Assembly (NCBI GenBank): GCA_038496445.1
Contig: JALMLS010000374.1
Span: 186,001 to 250,000, forward strand
Length of the DNA: 64,000 nucleotides
Reading direction: 5' to 3'
From: Trichosphaerium sp. ATCC 40318
Lineage: Eukaryota > Protista > Tubulinea
Shown here: piece after piece, positions 49,408 to 61,537 of the stretch
Numbering within the stretch: position 1 is the first letter of the stretch
Layout of the letters: every line of letters starts with the position of its first letter
Notes under the pieces: generated by a model
Told to the model about the DNA's origin: nothing
Seen by the model: only the letters and a program-made list of their open reading frames with translations
Database searches by the model: none
Made by a program: the position numbers and the translations under genes

Positions 49408-52400
49408 TCATTTTAATTTTGGATTATCAGTTTCTTTTCCTAACCATTTTTTAAATACAGTAGGTCTCGTTTCTAAACACAAAACTTAAAATTAACAAGG
49501 TGACTACGAACGTTAAACACTGAAACAAAGAAATCAAAAAAAATACTTCTCAAAAAAACATACCATAACACTTGTGTTCCCAAAGTAGCTTAGGTTTCTT
49601 TCTTCTTCTCTTACCAGATAGTTGTATATCTTCTTCTACATAGTATACTTTCCAAGAGAATAACCGTTCATCCCCTAGAACACATTGAGAAAAAAAACTA
49701 GCCAACATTTCATTTAAAAATGTCCAAAAAAAAAAGCCCATGTTCAACGCTATGTCAATCACGTGCCTTCATGGTATTTATTCCAGTTACGACAAACATA
49801 TTTACCAAAACCCTAAAGATATAATTAGGGCATTTAAATGTGAAACAGAATAAAGTTGAGTACCAAACGTAAATAATTTACATTCCCACCATTGTATCCG
49901 TTCTCAAAAAACTTGAACCACCTGTGACTTTTAAATGCTTGTTTAAAGCTTTTAGGTCTGGAAAATGGGATATCCTCATATGAATTAAAGTAGCGTGGCT
50001 GCCAGTGACGCCGTGTAATAGCTACGACAGCGATTTAGAGAAAAAAACAAGAAAAAGAAAAGGGAATCAATAGTAACATAAATGTCACAACTAACCTCCA
50101 TTTTGAAATAATTCTATTGCCTTTCCGTTAACTTGATCACCGGGCATAACGTAATACCTAAAAAGAAAACAATCAGTCAGTGGCAATCAAAAAAAATGAT
50201 CATCCATCCAAAAAAAGAAAAGTACCATGACTTCTTTGGTGGATGTGGTGCGAACATGCTCCATTCTTGTTCAGTCCTTCAAGCTATTAAAATTATGTTT
50301 GGGTTATATTTAGTTACCTGAGTGTCCAAATAAGCCCATGTAAAGGTGTACCAATCCTGAAAAAACAATCAAACGCATGCTATTTTAATTGGGTTTTTTC
50401 AAAAAAAATCAGTTGTAAGCATGCTACTGTACAAGCTGTACAAGCCAACTTTCTTGGTTGATCAAAGGGAGTATATATTTTGTGTGTTTTCAAAAGAAAG
50501 ATAGTGTGACGCACATGTGAATGTCCAAAGACTCAATGTTCCAGAGAACAATCTGTAAAATGATAAAGCCAATGAATACCGCTTTTACAATACTGAATGT
50601 ACACTTTACTGTTTCTTTGGCTTTCTTATATTTTACCTTATACTCCCTTTGTTTGTTCGTAAAGCCAATTTTTGTAATAGATTTGCCTGGTGGCAATGAT
50701 AATTTCGAAGAAAGAGAAACAGCATGGAAAAAATCAAAAAAAGTTCCAATGTTCGGTATCTTTTTGAGTACAAATCCTACCCTACAAATACTTATTAGAG
50801 AATGTACTTGCACTACAAGAATATAGAAATATTCACTTATTACCATTCAAGGAACCAAGAGAATGGAGATATAGTAAAAACACCAAGAAATGCATCAAAG
50901 TTTTCTAGACTTACTCCTGTTACAAACATGTTAGGTGGTGACTTGTTTATTCCTATTCAAGTGATACTGTGTACCTTTATCTGTTATAAATAATAGCCAC
51001 TGATCAGTATCAGTAATCTCATCTCCATCTGACGCTACGCTTCGCTCAACATCCTTAAAGTCTAAATAGAACTTGGCTATGAGGTAAACTTACACATGAA
51101 ACACGCACTGGCATGATTGTCTTGTTCAGAATCGTCTTTTTTATCTACAACACTATTACTGCTTCCATATATGCTATTAATACTATTCATTGGTAGAACG
51201 CTTGTATCAGGAGAAGTCAAAAACGTCGATACCAGCCCACCAATAAATAAGCCGAATGTTGAAGTCTAATTAAAATGTTAGGCATTTAAAATCAGGATCC
51301 TTACTATACCTCGTTATAGTATACCCTAGATCTCTTCCTCGATGCAGTGCTAAGATATGGGAATATCATATCATCCCAAACTAGAGAAGGAAAGAAAGCT
51401 AAATACCCAGCAAGTGGACAGAAGAAAAATAAACCTGTTATAAAAAGTAAGTAAACATACAAACGATATGAAACCAGATGTCGCTTGTACCTAGCCTCAT
51501 ACTAATACCCAGTCCGAAATGCATGCCCATGAATATTAAACTACCTGCTATACGACAATACTGTGTATAAAAAGGAAAGAAGAATAAAACAGGAGCAAAG
51601 AATTCCCTAACACGATATTTGAAAAGAGCTTATAAACAAAGCCAGCGACATACGTGTACATAACTGTCCATGTCATGATCTTACAGAAGTAAGGATAATT
51701 GCGCAAAAACATACCAAAAGGCATTGTAAAGTAATCAAGATTAAGCGCGTAATAAGTAGCAGTACCTGTACTAACGTTAGAACAAAAAAAAACTGAGAAC
51801 AGAAAAAAAAAAAAGGGAAACCTTTGAAAACACGTGCCATCTTCGCGCCATTCTTTTGAGTTCTTATGGAATGTTGATACAGTGTATATCAAAAAATATT
51901 GTAGTAGCCACCCAAATGTAGCAGCACTGAATGCTAAATGCGCACGTGATTCGCTCCTGAAAGAAAAAAGTAAATACTTTCTTTGAAACACTTTAAAAAG
52001 AAAAAAGTTATCTACACACCTTGCACTAAACGCAATAGGCCCTTTCTTACTTTTTTTTAAATTCCTTAATGCGGCATCAACTGACCAATACTACAAATCA
52101 TATAAAAACGCATACACTAGACAGAAAAACAAGCAAAACTTCAAATTTTTTTCTTCTGCTTTTTTTGTCAAGTTCACAAGATTGTCCTCCATCCGTACCT
52201 CTCCTATTGGACATAACATCAACCAGAATAACGTCATACGATGCATGACATCCCCACTGTGTCCAATAAATATAAAACTAGCTTGAAGACTACAAAGCAT
52301 CCACCATGTTAAGAATGTAAATAACCTCGTATAGAACCCAATACACATCATAAAAGCGAAGAACATGTGTAATAAGAAAATACAACGTTGACCGTTTAAA

Positions 52401-52730
52401 CTTGAGTTAATATGATGAAATGTAACGAATTGAGGCCGTGTTGTCCGTTCTAGGTACTCGTGGTGTTTTACAATACCGTCATTTGTATAATGCGGTATTA
52501 ACTCGTCGTATCGGTTTATTAGATCGCCAATGACCGAATAGAGGGTAAGCAAGGATGTCAAATGACGTTTTGCGTTCTTAAGTATACCAAAACGCTCGTA
52601 ATTATCTCATACGTACCACCAACGCGTAGAAAACGCGACATAGAGCTAAAGATCGTTTATCTAGGCTAAACATTGTTTTTAACCGATTATATACCCCACC
52701 ACCATCTAAACTAGGTCCGTGAGTGCGCAT
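49408..52730 (-). CDS. HTTM-domain multi-pass membrane protein
   Basis: LDKRSLALCR, IGFYTRLFTFLTWWMLCSLQ, HSGDVMHRMTLFWLMLCPIGEYWSVD, WREDG|TATYYAL, QEWSMFAPHP, YVCRNWN. Confidence 0.88.
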
Positions 52731-53316
52731 TGCACTCACTGGCACTGTGTGAAGCTGTAATTTAAGTTAAGTGAGACTGTAGCAAAGTAAAAGGACTGAC
52801 AAAACCAAATTGCAGTGTTGGTAAAATTGCGCAAGTATTGCATTGTATCACGACATGTAAACATCAGAAAAGCTGTACAATTAAAGCAGAGAAGCTAGAG
52901 AATATAGGGATTGATTAATTCCACGCATTACCCGATTGTAAGACAGTACACTGTAGGATTTAGAACTACAACTATTTTTTCAACTTAAATCACGTGCGTT
53001 CCTTTTTGTTCGTGAAATACTGTCTAATGTTTATTTTTTGGGAAACAGCGTAGTACTTGGATAGATGTATGATTTGGTAGTATCTAGAAGGGGATTTCAA
53101 ACCCCGCTACAAACCCCGTGTAACTTGAGACATCAGGGAACAAACTGAACAAAAAAACCGGTAGGAAAAAAACTGTTTCAAAATAAAGCTAAAAAAAGGT
53201 GAAGCATATGATCACTAACTTCAGTCGTAACATAATCACAAGTCAACAATTTTCCATAAAACGTTTCTACTGCACATAATTCCAACCATAGTCAAGTCTC
53301 CATAATTTTTATAATA

Positions 53317-54601
53317 ATGGAACTAACTGATAAACAACAACAAATATGGTACATATCCACTTGTTATTTTTTTTTAACATTGCTCTTGTTGTTGAAAGAC
53401 ATCTCCACTATTTGTTTTAATATTAACCTCCGATACAGGTCTTTAATGTTCCGACGCCAAGAGGGATATGCTAATAAGGCTAAGAAGATTATAAATGGTA
53501 AAGACCCGTGTAAGCTATATTTCCACAACGGTCCAAGAAAGGAGACACTACTCCATCTTATAGCACGTGATAAAGTAAATGGACCTGCATTGTATAAAAA
53601 TATAGCTGGTGCTATTCCTACCGACGCAGCTGATACATTTGGATGGACTGCGCTTCACAGTGCGGGTAAGCAAACCAAAAGGACTTTTTTTACGTTTTTT
53701 TGTTGAACATTTACATAAATTTATTTCCCCTCGTCTCACGTGACGTTGTCCGTTTTTTTGCTCTTCTAATTCTATTTATTAGCATGTGAAGGTAATCTAG
53801 TCGTTCTAAAAAAGCTTATAAGCGATGGTGCTAAACCCACTGCGAAAACTGGAAATGGATGGAGTCCTCTTCGGTTAGCATGTAAGCCATTGTGTCCTCA
53901 TTATACTCCTTACTCTTTTTTGAAGCATTAAAGGGCCATTTGGATTGTGTAAAGTGTTTATTATCAAAAGGAGCTTCGTTGAAAGCAAAATCAAAACTAG
54001 GATGGACAGCACTATTTGTTGCAGGTATGGATCTTTTTTTACAATGTTCAGTTGAAAAAAAAAGTTAAATGAAATCCTGGAACTTCGCTTTTGTCACGTG
54101 ATACCAATCTAGATTATTTTGATACACGCAAACTCTTTGGTATCAAAATACGTATCTTTCTTTTTTACAAAAAGCGTCATGGCGCCGGCACAAAGCGGTT
54201 TTTTGCTTGTTCAAATAAAAAACACTCAGCTGACTTTTTTTTTTTCAGTACGTGAAGGTCATCTAGAAACAGCGACGTACCTATTGGAACAAGGCGCAAA
54301 ACCGAATTGTAAAGATAACGAGGGAAGTTATCCACTTCACAGAGCAGCAGAGAAAGGATACGACGAAATAGTTAAAGTTCTAGTTAAGCAAGGAGCAAAA
54401 GTTAATGTACGAGATAAAAAAGGTCATACGGCATCTTACTACGCAGGCACGTGACCTACGTACTAAAACCAAGTACTTATTATGAAAATAGCAAACGAAG
54501 GATTCACAGATATTGTATCTATCCTCGATGATAACGGAGCAAAGGGCGGGAAACTTCGTAGCTCCAGATTGTTTAATAGTTTCTCAGGGAAAGCAGTGTA
54601 A
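53317..54601 (+). CDS. Ankyrin-repeat protein
   Basis: GWTALHSAACEGNL, GWSPLRLA, GWTALFVAVREGHLE, GSYPLHRAAEKGYDEIVKVLV, GHTASYYAANEGFTDIV. Confidence 0.92.
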
Positions 54602-55097
54602 AAAAAAACCCAAAGAAATAAACCCAACACAAAGTACTACGTTGTTTTTTTGATTTAAACTCTCTTAAATAACAACATAAGCAATATTTTAGAATGATTA
54701 CCGCACATAAATATTCATGCCACTGTCTTTTCTAATGTTACAAGATTTGTCTGAAATTTATTTAGTAAAACACGTGAAATAACTGTATAAATAGAATCGT
54801 GTATGTACGGTACCCAAAGCTCATCAAGTATTTCTCTCACCCACAGAAACGCCCTGGCGAACAAAGACTGAACCAATTGAATAATAGTATAAAAACAAAG
54901 TCAAGAAGTAAAGTACAAAGGTTTTTTATTTACATGGTTTTTTTTAGTTTTGATGTCCATCTTCCGAGGCATTTTATTAAACGGGTGGTTTAGTAGTTCT
55001 TTTGCAAGTGCTCCTCGAACAGACGACTCATGCAATCGAGTAAAATTCATCGCTTATCGATGATACCATTGCGTTGGCCGAAGCTTTAGATAGAGGT

Positions 55098-55565
55098 TTA
55101 TGAACTTGTGTCGAGTGAAATCCCTTGATCAAGAGCCCACTCCTCAACCACAGTACAAAACAGGTCCTCGACAATGTTGTCGTAAGTACCCACCACAGAG
55201 GGTTGCTGGTAGATCGCCATAGTGAGTGCATCACCTGTAGCCAGTGGTAATATGACGGCTGGCCCGTTTGGTGAGGTTTTTAGCACCTCTGCTGGTTGCA
55301 CACCGTTTTCGCCCTTCGTCTTTCTCTGTATCTTCGCTTCACGTAGGAGGATCTCGTCGCGCGGTTTGACTTCAGTTTCGGGGTGGTCATCGCGAACTAC
55401 TTTCGTCGCCATCTGGTGAGTGTTCGCGCAAGCGTAGGCAGTGCCGCAGGCATCTTCTCCGAGAATTTTGTCGTTGTCGGTTGTGTACTTTTGTTTAGAT
55501 CTCTTGCCGTTCTTCTTGAAGATGTTGCAGAAGGCGTTGAAACGTTGTTTGATAGTATCGAACAT
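55098..55565 (-). pseudogene. Truncated protein-kinase N-lobe fragment, intronless, GC-richer than flanks
   Basis: KILGEDACGTAY (degenerate Gly loop), MATKVV, LLREAKIQ, VILPLATGD; no HRD or DFG before the stop. Confidence 0.55.
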
Positions 55566-56169
55566 TGGATGAGGTGTTTAATTAGTTTGAGTAGATGAAT
55601 TATGAGTTTTTGAAACTCGTGTAGTTTTTGTCAACGAGTAGTCGTGTAATTCTCAGAGTTTCATTTTTAACGTCTCAGGCAAACATGCTGTGGTGCCAAT
55701 GTGAACGTAATTGAAGCGGTTTGAAGCTGTTTTCGGAGAAAAGGAAATCGTACGAACGTTTTATTAATTCCAACAACCTATCCTACGCGCAGAGAATACA
55801 CACTGTAGTTCTAGCCACATTTTGTAATATGTATAACAATACACACTCATAGCTTTTTCATGTACCGTAAGCAACTTTTTCTATATTCTAAAGGACTTAG
55901 TATGGAACAATGAATAAAAACGGTTGGTTGCACGTGAAGTTTTTGAGTGAGTACTTTATCGACAAACTGTAAGATACCCAAGGCTATTGCCAAGTGCAAA
56001 CCAATAGCAAGGACACCAGTTTCTTCACAAAAGAGAACTATACTTAGTACTCATGCACGTTCAAGTAATGTGTATTTCTGTTGATGTTGCTACACCCACT
56101 AATGTTAATATCACGTACACTTGCCTTGAGATCTTCACCAATGATTTTTGTGAACGATAACTCAATGGA

Positions 56170-57108
56170 ATGTACTTTCTATGGTTGCTTAAACACAACT
56201 TGGATTTAAGACACTGGGCAAAGGGTACCATGATCCCCACGCGTATCAAAGCTAACCTCAGAAATAACAACAAGAAAACAGCAACGACAGTAATAAACAA
56301 AGCACTACCTAACGAGATTATTACTTATATTCTGGACTACAACAATGAAAAATCAAGTCTATTCACCTACTTGATACTCTCCAAAGGCTTTGAAAGGTTT
56401 ATAAAATCAAAAGGGTCGTATTGGAGAAACATGTATCTCTCTTTATATGCCACAGGAGAATACGATGAAGCTGGAATGCTTGTTGAACAGCATATACGTT
56501 GTATTCTTGATGCTAAGTTTAATGATTTCTTCGAAGTACCAACACGTGATTTTGCCAATTCTCACAAACAATCAGAAAGTGTCACGTGTCAAAGTGAAAG
56601 AGACTCTAAATGTCGCTTAAAATATTGGAAAGATAGATGTCATAACATTAAGATTGCTTCATCACTTGCCAGGCATCTTGATAGCTTTGTTTTTCCATTC
56701 TACAATGAATTCTGTGTACCAAAGTTTACTCCTTTTCTTATATTTGTAGAAGAAGAACAGGATGATGTCATAGGAGAACATACACTGTTAAACATGCTCA
56801 GAAAATATGAACCAAATGAAAAGTTCTATAAACAAATGGACATTAAAGCATTTTCTGAGTATGTCAGAAAACCTGAGATATTAAACCCACTCCAAGAGAT
56901 TATAGACAAAAAAATATGTGGATTGGAAAATATAACATGTCTCAATTATACCAAAGGAGGCCAGTTTTATATGATACATAGTACATCACCTATAACAAAG
57001 GCAATTGTAGGTATTTTCCTTATTGAAGATTATACAAGCTGTGGCAATGGAAGCTTCAATGAGTACTATCGCAAAAAACATGAAGCAGGCTGGCAAATCC
57101 CACAGTAA
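56170..57108 (+). CDS. Intronless F-box protein with unknown C-terminal domain (alternative start 56230)
   Basis: ALPNEIITYILDY...ILSKGFERFI...YWRNMY. Confidence 0.75.
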   Translation: MYFLWLLKHNLDLRHWAKGTMIPTRIKANLRNNNKKTATTVINKALPNEIITYILDYNNEKSSLFTYLILSKGFERFIKSKGSYWRNMYLSLYATGEYDEAGMLVEQHIRCILDAKFNDFFEVPTRDFANSHKQSESVTCQSERDSKCRLKYWKDRCHNIKIASSLARHLDSFVFPFYNEFCVPKFTPFLIFVEEEQDDVIGEHTLLNMLRKYEPNEKFYKQMDIKAFSEYVRKPEILNPLQEIIDKKICGLENITCLNYTKGGQFYMIHSTSPITKAIVGIFLIEDYTSCGNGSFNEYYRKKHEAGWQIPQ

Positions 57109-57251
57109 AATAACTAGATGATTGGGCTATGTGTCAAAGATAAATCCCTCAATGACAGTAATTATGGAAACAATGTATCAAACAACAATAAACAAGTTTT
57201 TTTCAAAAAACAACAAAATCTATTATTTTTTTTCCATTGTTTTTTTTTCTG

Positions 57252-60200
57252 TTAAAGCCACTGTAATTCAAGTATATTGACCTCCTGAAGAAGGATGTTA
57301 TTCTGTGACTCGTCAAAAGTTGCTGGCAAAGGCATTCCTTGAAATAAAAAGTAAGTACACAAAACACTAAGAGTCAAAACAACAGACTGTTTTCAACTTC
57401 GTTTTTTAGTCCAAAAACAAAAAGAAAATCTATTATATCATTATTGACAATACCTTTTTTAACCCTTGCTGCTAATAGTACAGCGGTAGTCCATTCCTCA
57501 AAGTTGAGTTGGCTATCTTTGTCTCTATCCGAAAGACCCCTACAACACAAAATGAGTCAAACTTTTTTTTGGTCTTTTTTTTGTCTTTTTTTTGTTTGAC
57601 TATCAACTCAGGCCGTTTTTCATCACAAGGGCCAAAATAGCACTTATCCCTACGTACCAAATAGTTGCCAGATTTTGGTGATCAAGACCACTAGCTAGCA
57701 AAGCATCTCTGGCTTCAACACCACTAACAAAACCAGGTCTTGTAGTGCCTATTGTTACAAACTTTTTCTTTAATAAATCTAATACTTGATCGCGTGCAGA
57801 AACCATAGGTGTAGAAACGCTTTAAAAAAACAAAAAGTCAGCCAAAGACTTACTTGGACTCGAGAAACTTGCAGAACAAAGAAAAAAAGAATTTGACAAA
57901 AAACGCGTTATGAGGTTCAGGAAGGGTCACGCAAATGCCCTTCCCCAAAGTATCTACACTGATACCACACGAAGGAGGTATTTTCCGAGCGCAAGGATGG
58001 TTTTCATCATCACCACAAAAAAAACGTTTTCCGTGATTTTTTTGATTACGTTGCTAGTCTACAAAAACGTACCCAATGCCACTACCACCACGCAAAGACG
58101 CCAAAACAGAGGCAGGTACAGTATCAGGTAATTCAATACTCTTCTTTGCAAGGTTGATCAAATGGGTAGCAAGCATAAATTCAGTCTTGTTGAGATAGTT
58201 GTCTTGATCCATGTCGGACAGACTCCATACCTACATAGACTTTAGCTAAAATACCTATACAATACACTACACACCTTTGCGAGGATATTAACGCCAAGAC
58301 CAGTACGCATAAACAACGCACGAGCAGTATTGCCCGAAACTCTACCATCAGCCTCTTTGGGTGTTTTATCGTAAATAGCTGTATACTGAGGGATAGCCTA
58401 CGGGGTTTGTGAACGTCTGGCTTTCAAATGAAACAAACCACTTCCGGCCTGCGTTTACGTACATCTGCTGGTACTTCCATTGGACTAGAAGGCTCCTGAG
58501 GAGCTGCTGCAGGTTGAGGTACTTCCGCTTGGTCGGGGAAAACCATCAACGCTGATTCTGGTGCTTTAGCATGCTCTGGAGCTGGAGCAAAGGAGCTCCC
58601 AGCGGCCATGTTAGGCTCAGCTTTATCCTACAGCAAATTAAAAAAACCCACAATAGAAATGCCTTTTAACCCATACCATGCTGCTTCCAGTGGTTCCTTC
58701 CATTGACAATAGATCAGATTGTTGTAAAGCAGAAGTACCAGTATGAAGGAACGCATCAAGGTCTTCTTTTTGCTGAGAAATAAAGTCGTCTCGGCGCTTA
58801 GCAAGCTGTTCTTCAAATTTCTTACGTTCGTCGTTCAAAACGGCATCAAATTTTTCCAAGTCGACACGTTGTTGAGCTTGGAAAGCGTCTTTAGACACAA
58901 ATTCCTAAAGGAAATAAGTAAACGCCTGATCTGGGGGCTTTTTTTCAAAAAACAGAGCCATCAATCCTACCTGTGGCAATTTATCAGGTTTAAGTCTAGC
59001 AAGGATCAACTGAGCTAATTGACTGTCTTGTAAAACGTTATGGCAATGAGCCACCAACTTAGTTTCATCTAGTTCAACAGATAGTACCTAATAAAAGCAG
59101 TAAGTACCTCAGTAATACAAGATGTATAAGAATAACGCACTTGACCTGTTTGGTTCACTAATACAATACCACCTTCTGGCGTTGCAGCTGTTGTAAATGT
59201 AACAGATGGATCTCCTGTTCTAATAACACCCAATGGCGTAGCTGTTTCCACCTAATAAGATAACATTAATTTCTCCATCAATGAGACTTCTTTTTTATCG
59301 CGTAGTGACAGCATACTACGCGTCATGATGAAAAGTGCACGGTTTTTAAGAACGACTCTACTCACCTCATAAGCGGAGATATAACCATGCTTTGTAACCA
59401 TAAACACAACACCATACTTTTCACTAAATTCTAAGCCAACTGGGAAATCATCTGGGGCATCTGGGGCATAGTACACTGGACAACTACGTTTCTTTGATGT
59501 ACCAAGCGTAAATATACGTAACTAAAGCCAAACAAATAAGCAAACAAAGAAATGAAAAAAAAAAAAATAAAAAAATATCCACATAGACTTGATAAACGTA
59601 CTTTTCCATTACCATCAGCATCGCGTATAGCAAAAGCAAATATGGTATTACCTAGTAACGATGTTTAAATGAATCCCAAACAGAAAGGAAAAAGGAAAAA
59701 AGAGAAACAAAAAAAACCAAAAATTATTTTCTTGCAATTCCAAGTAGTAGTGTTTGTTTACCTCCAAATCTACCAAAACATGTTGCGTGAGCATCAATCC
59801 CTTGAGACATTTTTCTGTTCTTGCTAAAAAGTTGTGCACGCCCAGAAATCAGTTTAGTACCAGCCTAAAAGAGATGTCACATTCACAACTAATTTTCCTT
59901 CTCAAACGAAAACAAAAAAATCCCAAAAAAACGTACAGCAGGTGGTGCAGCACCAACAAGGCAACTCCATTGCCCATCAATAGACACATCGTAATTTAAT
60001 ATTCTACAATCCTTAACTTTTGAGCCAACATCACAAAATTTCTGGAGCGCTTCACCGTCTAACAATAGAAGTTAACACCCAAAACAAACGCGCATGGTGG
60101 GAAAAAAAATTGTGATTGGCGCGTAAACGAAAAGAGAAAAAAAAGACAAAAAAATTGCTCGTTTTTAGATAGATTTACAGTTAGATTGGTAATAATTACC

Positions 60201-61327
60201 TTGTTTGTTCCAGTGGTACACTGCGGTGTTTGTTACAATACCAATAGTATTATTGTTCACCCACTTCCAAAATAAAACGTTATCCAATGAAGTCGTATTT
60301 AAACGATTTCTTGTATCAGTTTCGAATACTTGTAGCCATGATCCGGCTAAAAACGTATAAGTCAAGAATATACGGAATTATCCTCTCAATTTTTTGAAAA
60401 AGAAATAAACCCAAACAAAAACCATTAGAGTCGCTATACTATACTCTCAAACACAATCCAGACAATTTATAAAATAGGACAGTTAAATTGAAAAAAAAAA
60501 AAAAAACAAATTGGGCGAAATATGCGTACAACGCAGAGCGAGTATCTTGGAGGTAGGGTGGTTGAGTACTGAGTTGACTTGCGATAGTATAGTTGTGCGT
60601 GAAACTTGAGGTTGGGCACCTGGACAGAGTATTTTAGCATTTAAGTATTACTAATGTTAGAATGAACCTGAACCAGGCTTTAAATCTACGATAGTTGCCG
60701 TAGGTTGTCCATTAAAGTTTTGCTTTGCACAAAGAAAACGATACGAGCTTAGCGTCACATCACCGTATTTCTTTAGAGTGTCTGTAGAGATTTCGAGTTC
60801 AGTAAGCTGAAATAAACAGATTAGCAGGCAAAAAAGACGAAAGAAAAAAACAGTCAGCTCGAAACCAGTTTGTTTGGTCGTAAATCCTTTATAAATCGCT
60901 TATTATTGATCACACGCTAAGCACGCGGCGATACAAAACGAGGTACAAACGCCGAGAGCTAAAACAGCGAAAAGAAAAAAACCAAACCAATACAATAAAT
61001 ACCTTGGCAAGTTCGACGCAATTAACAGGCAAATCAGCGGCTACAGGCTATATAAAAAGGGTCAATGAGTACGAAATTAAAAGAGAGGCTGGAAATAAAA
61101 AATAACTAAAATTGAGCAGTTATAGTGATTTGCTGTTAGCAGGACATTTCCGAAGAGGGTAACAGCGTAAATGTGACATTTATTTTTGCCTGCACGAAAG
61201 GGTGCTGCTGATTTTGTGCAAATAAGGGAGAACAGCGCAATCAAATCCACAAGTCTGTAGATGAGCTACACGAACAAAAAACAAGAGCAAAACGAAAAAT
61301 AAAATTAGCTTATACCTGTTGTGCCAT
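57252..61327 (-). CDS. Clathrin heavy-chain terminal-domain propeller fused to a coiled coil and two EH domains
   Basis: MAQQ|PVAADLPV...LFWKWVNNNTIGIVTNTAVYHW...DDFPVGLEFSEKYGVVFMVTKHGYI...GGIVLVNQTGQ|VLSV; EH1 GRVSGNTARALFMRTGLGVNILAK|VWSLSDMDQDNYLNKTEF; EH2 GFVSGVEARDALLASGLDHQNLATIW|GLSDRDKDSQLNFEEW. Confidence 0.88.
57911..58017 (-). ncRNA. Candidate intronic box C/D snoRNA with U6 snRNA complementarity
   Basis: Box C ATGATGA (58010-58004), box D CTGA (57920-57917), short terminal stem, GC-rich hairpins, same strand as the host gene. Confidence 0.55.
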
Positions 61328-61537
61328 GATGGCGAATGGTTCTTCACTGTATTTAGGCTCTGGCTTGACAAAAAAACAGCTCGTTTCGCACTAAAATTGA
61401 CTTCGTTTCTGGGGAATAAAACTGCGTGTTCTAAATAGTATTTATTTTTAGCGTTCGCTGTTTAAACAGCGTTAGCATAAAGAGACATCAATTGGGAAAA
61501 AACAAGTGATAATTTGATCCCGTTTAAACTTGTTATC

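Noticed and set aside
57980-58000. U4 snRNA (ATCCTTGCGCTCGG resembles the U4 5' end)
   Set aside because: No U4 5' stem-loop, stem I or Sm site follows, and it is enclosed by C and D boxes
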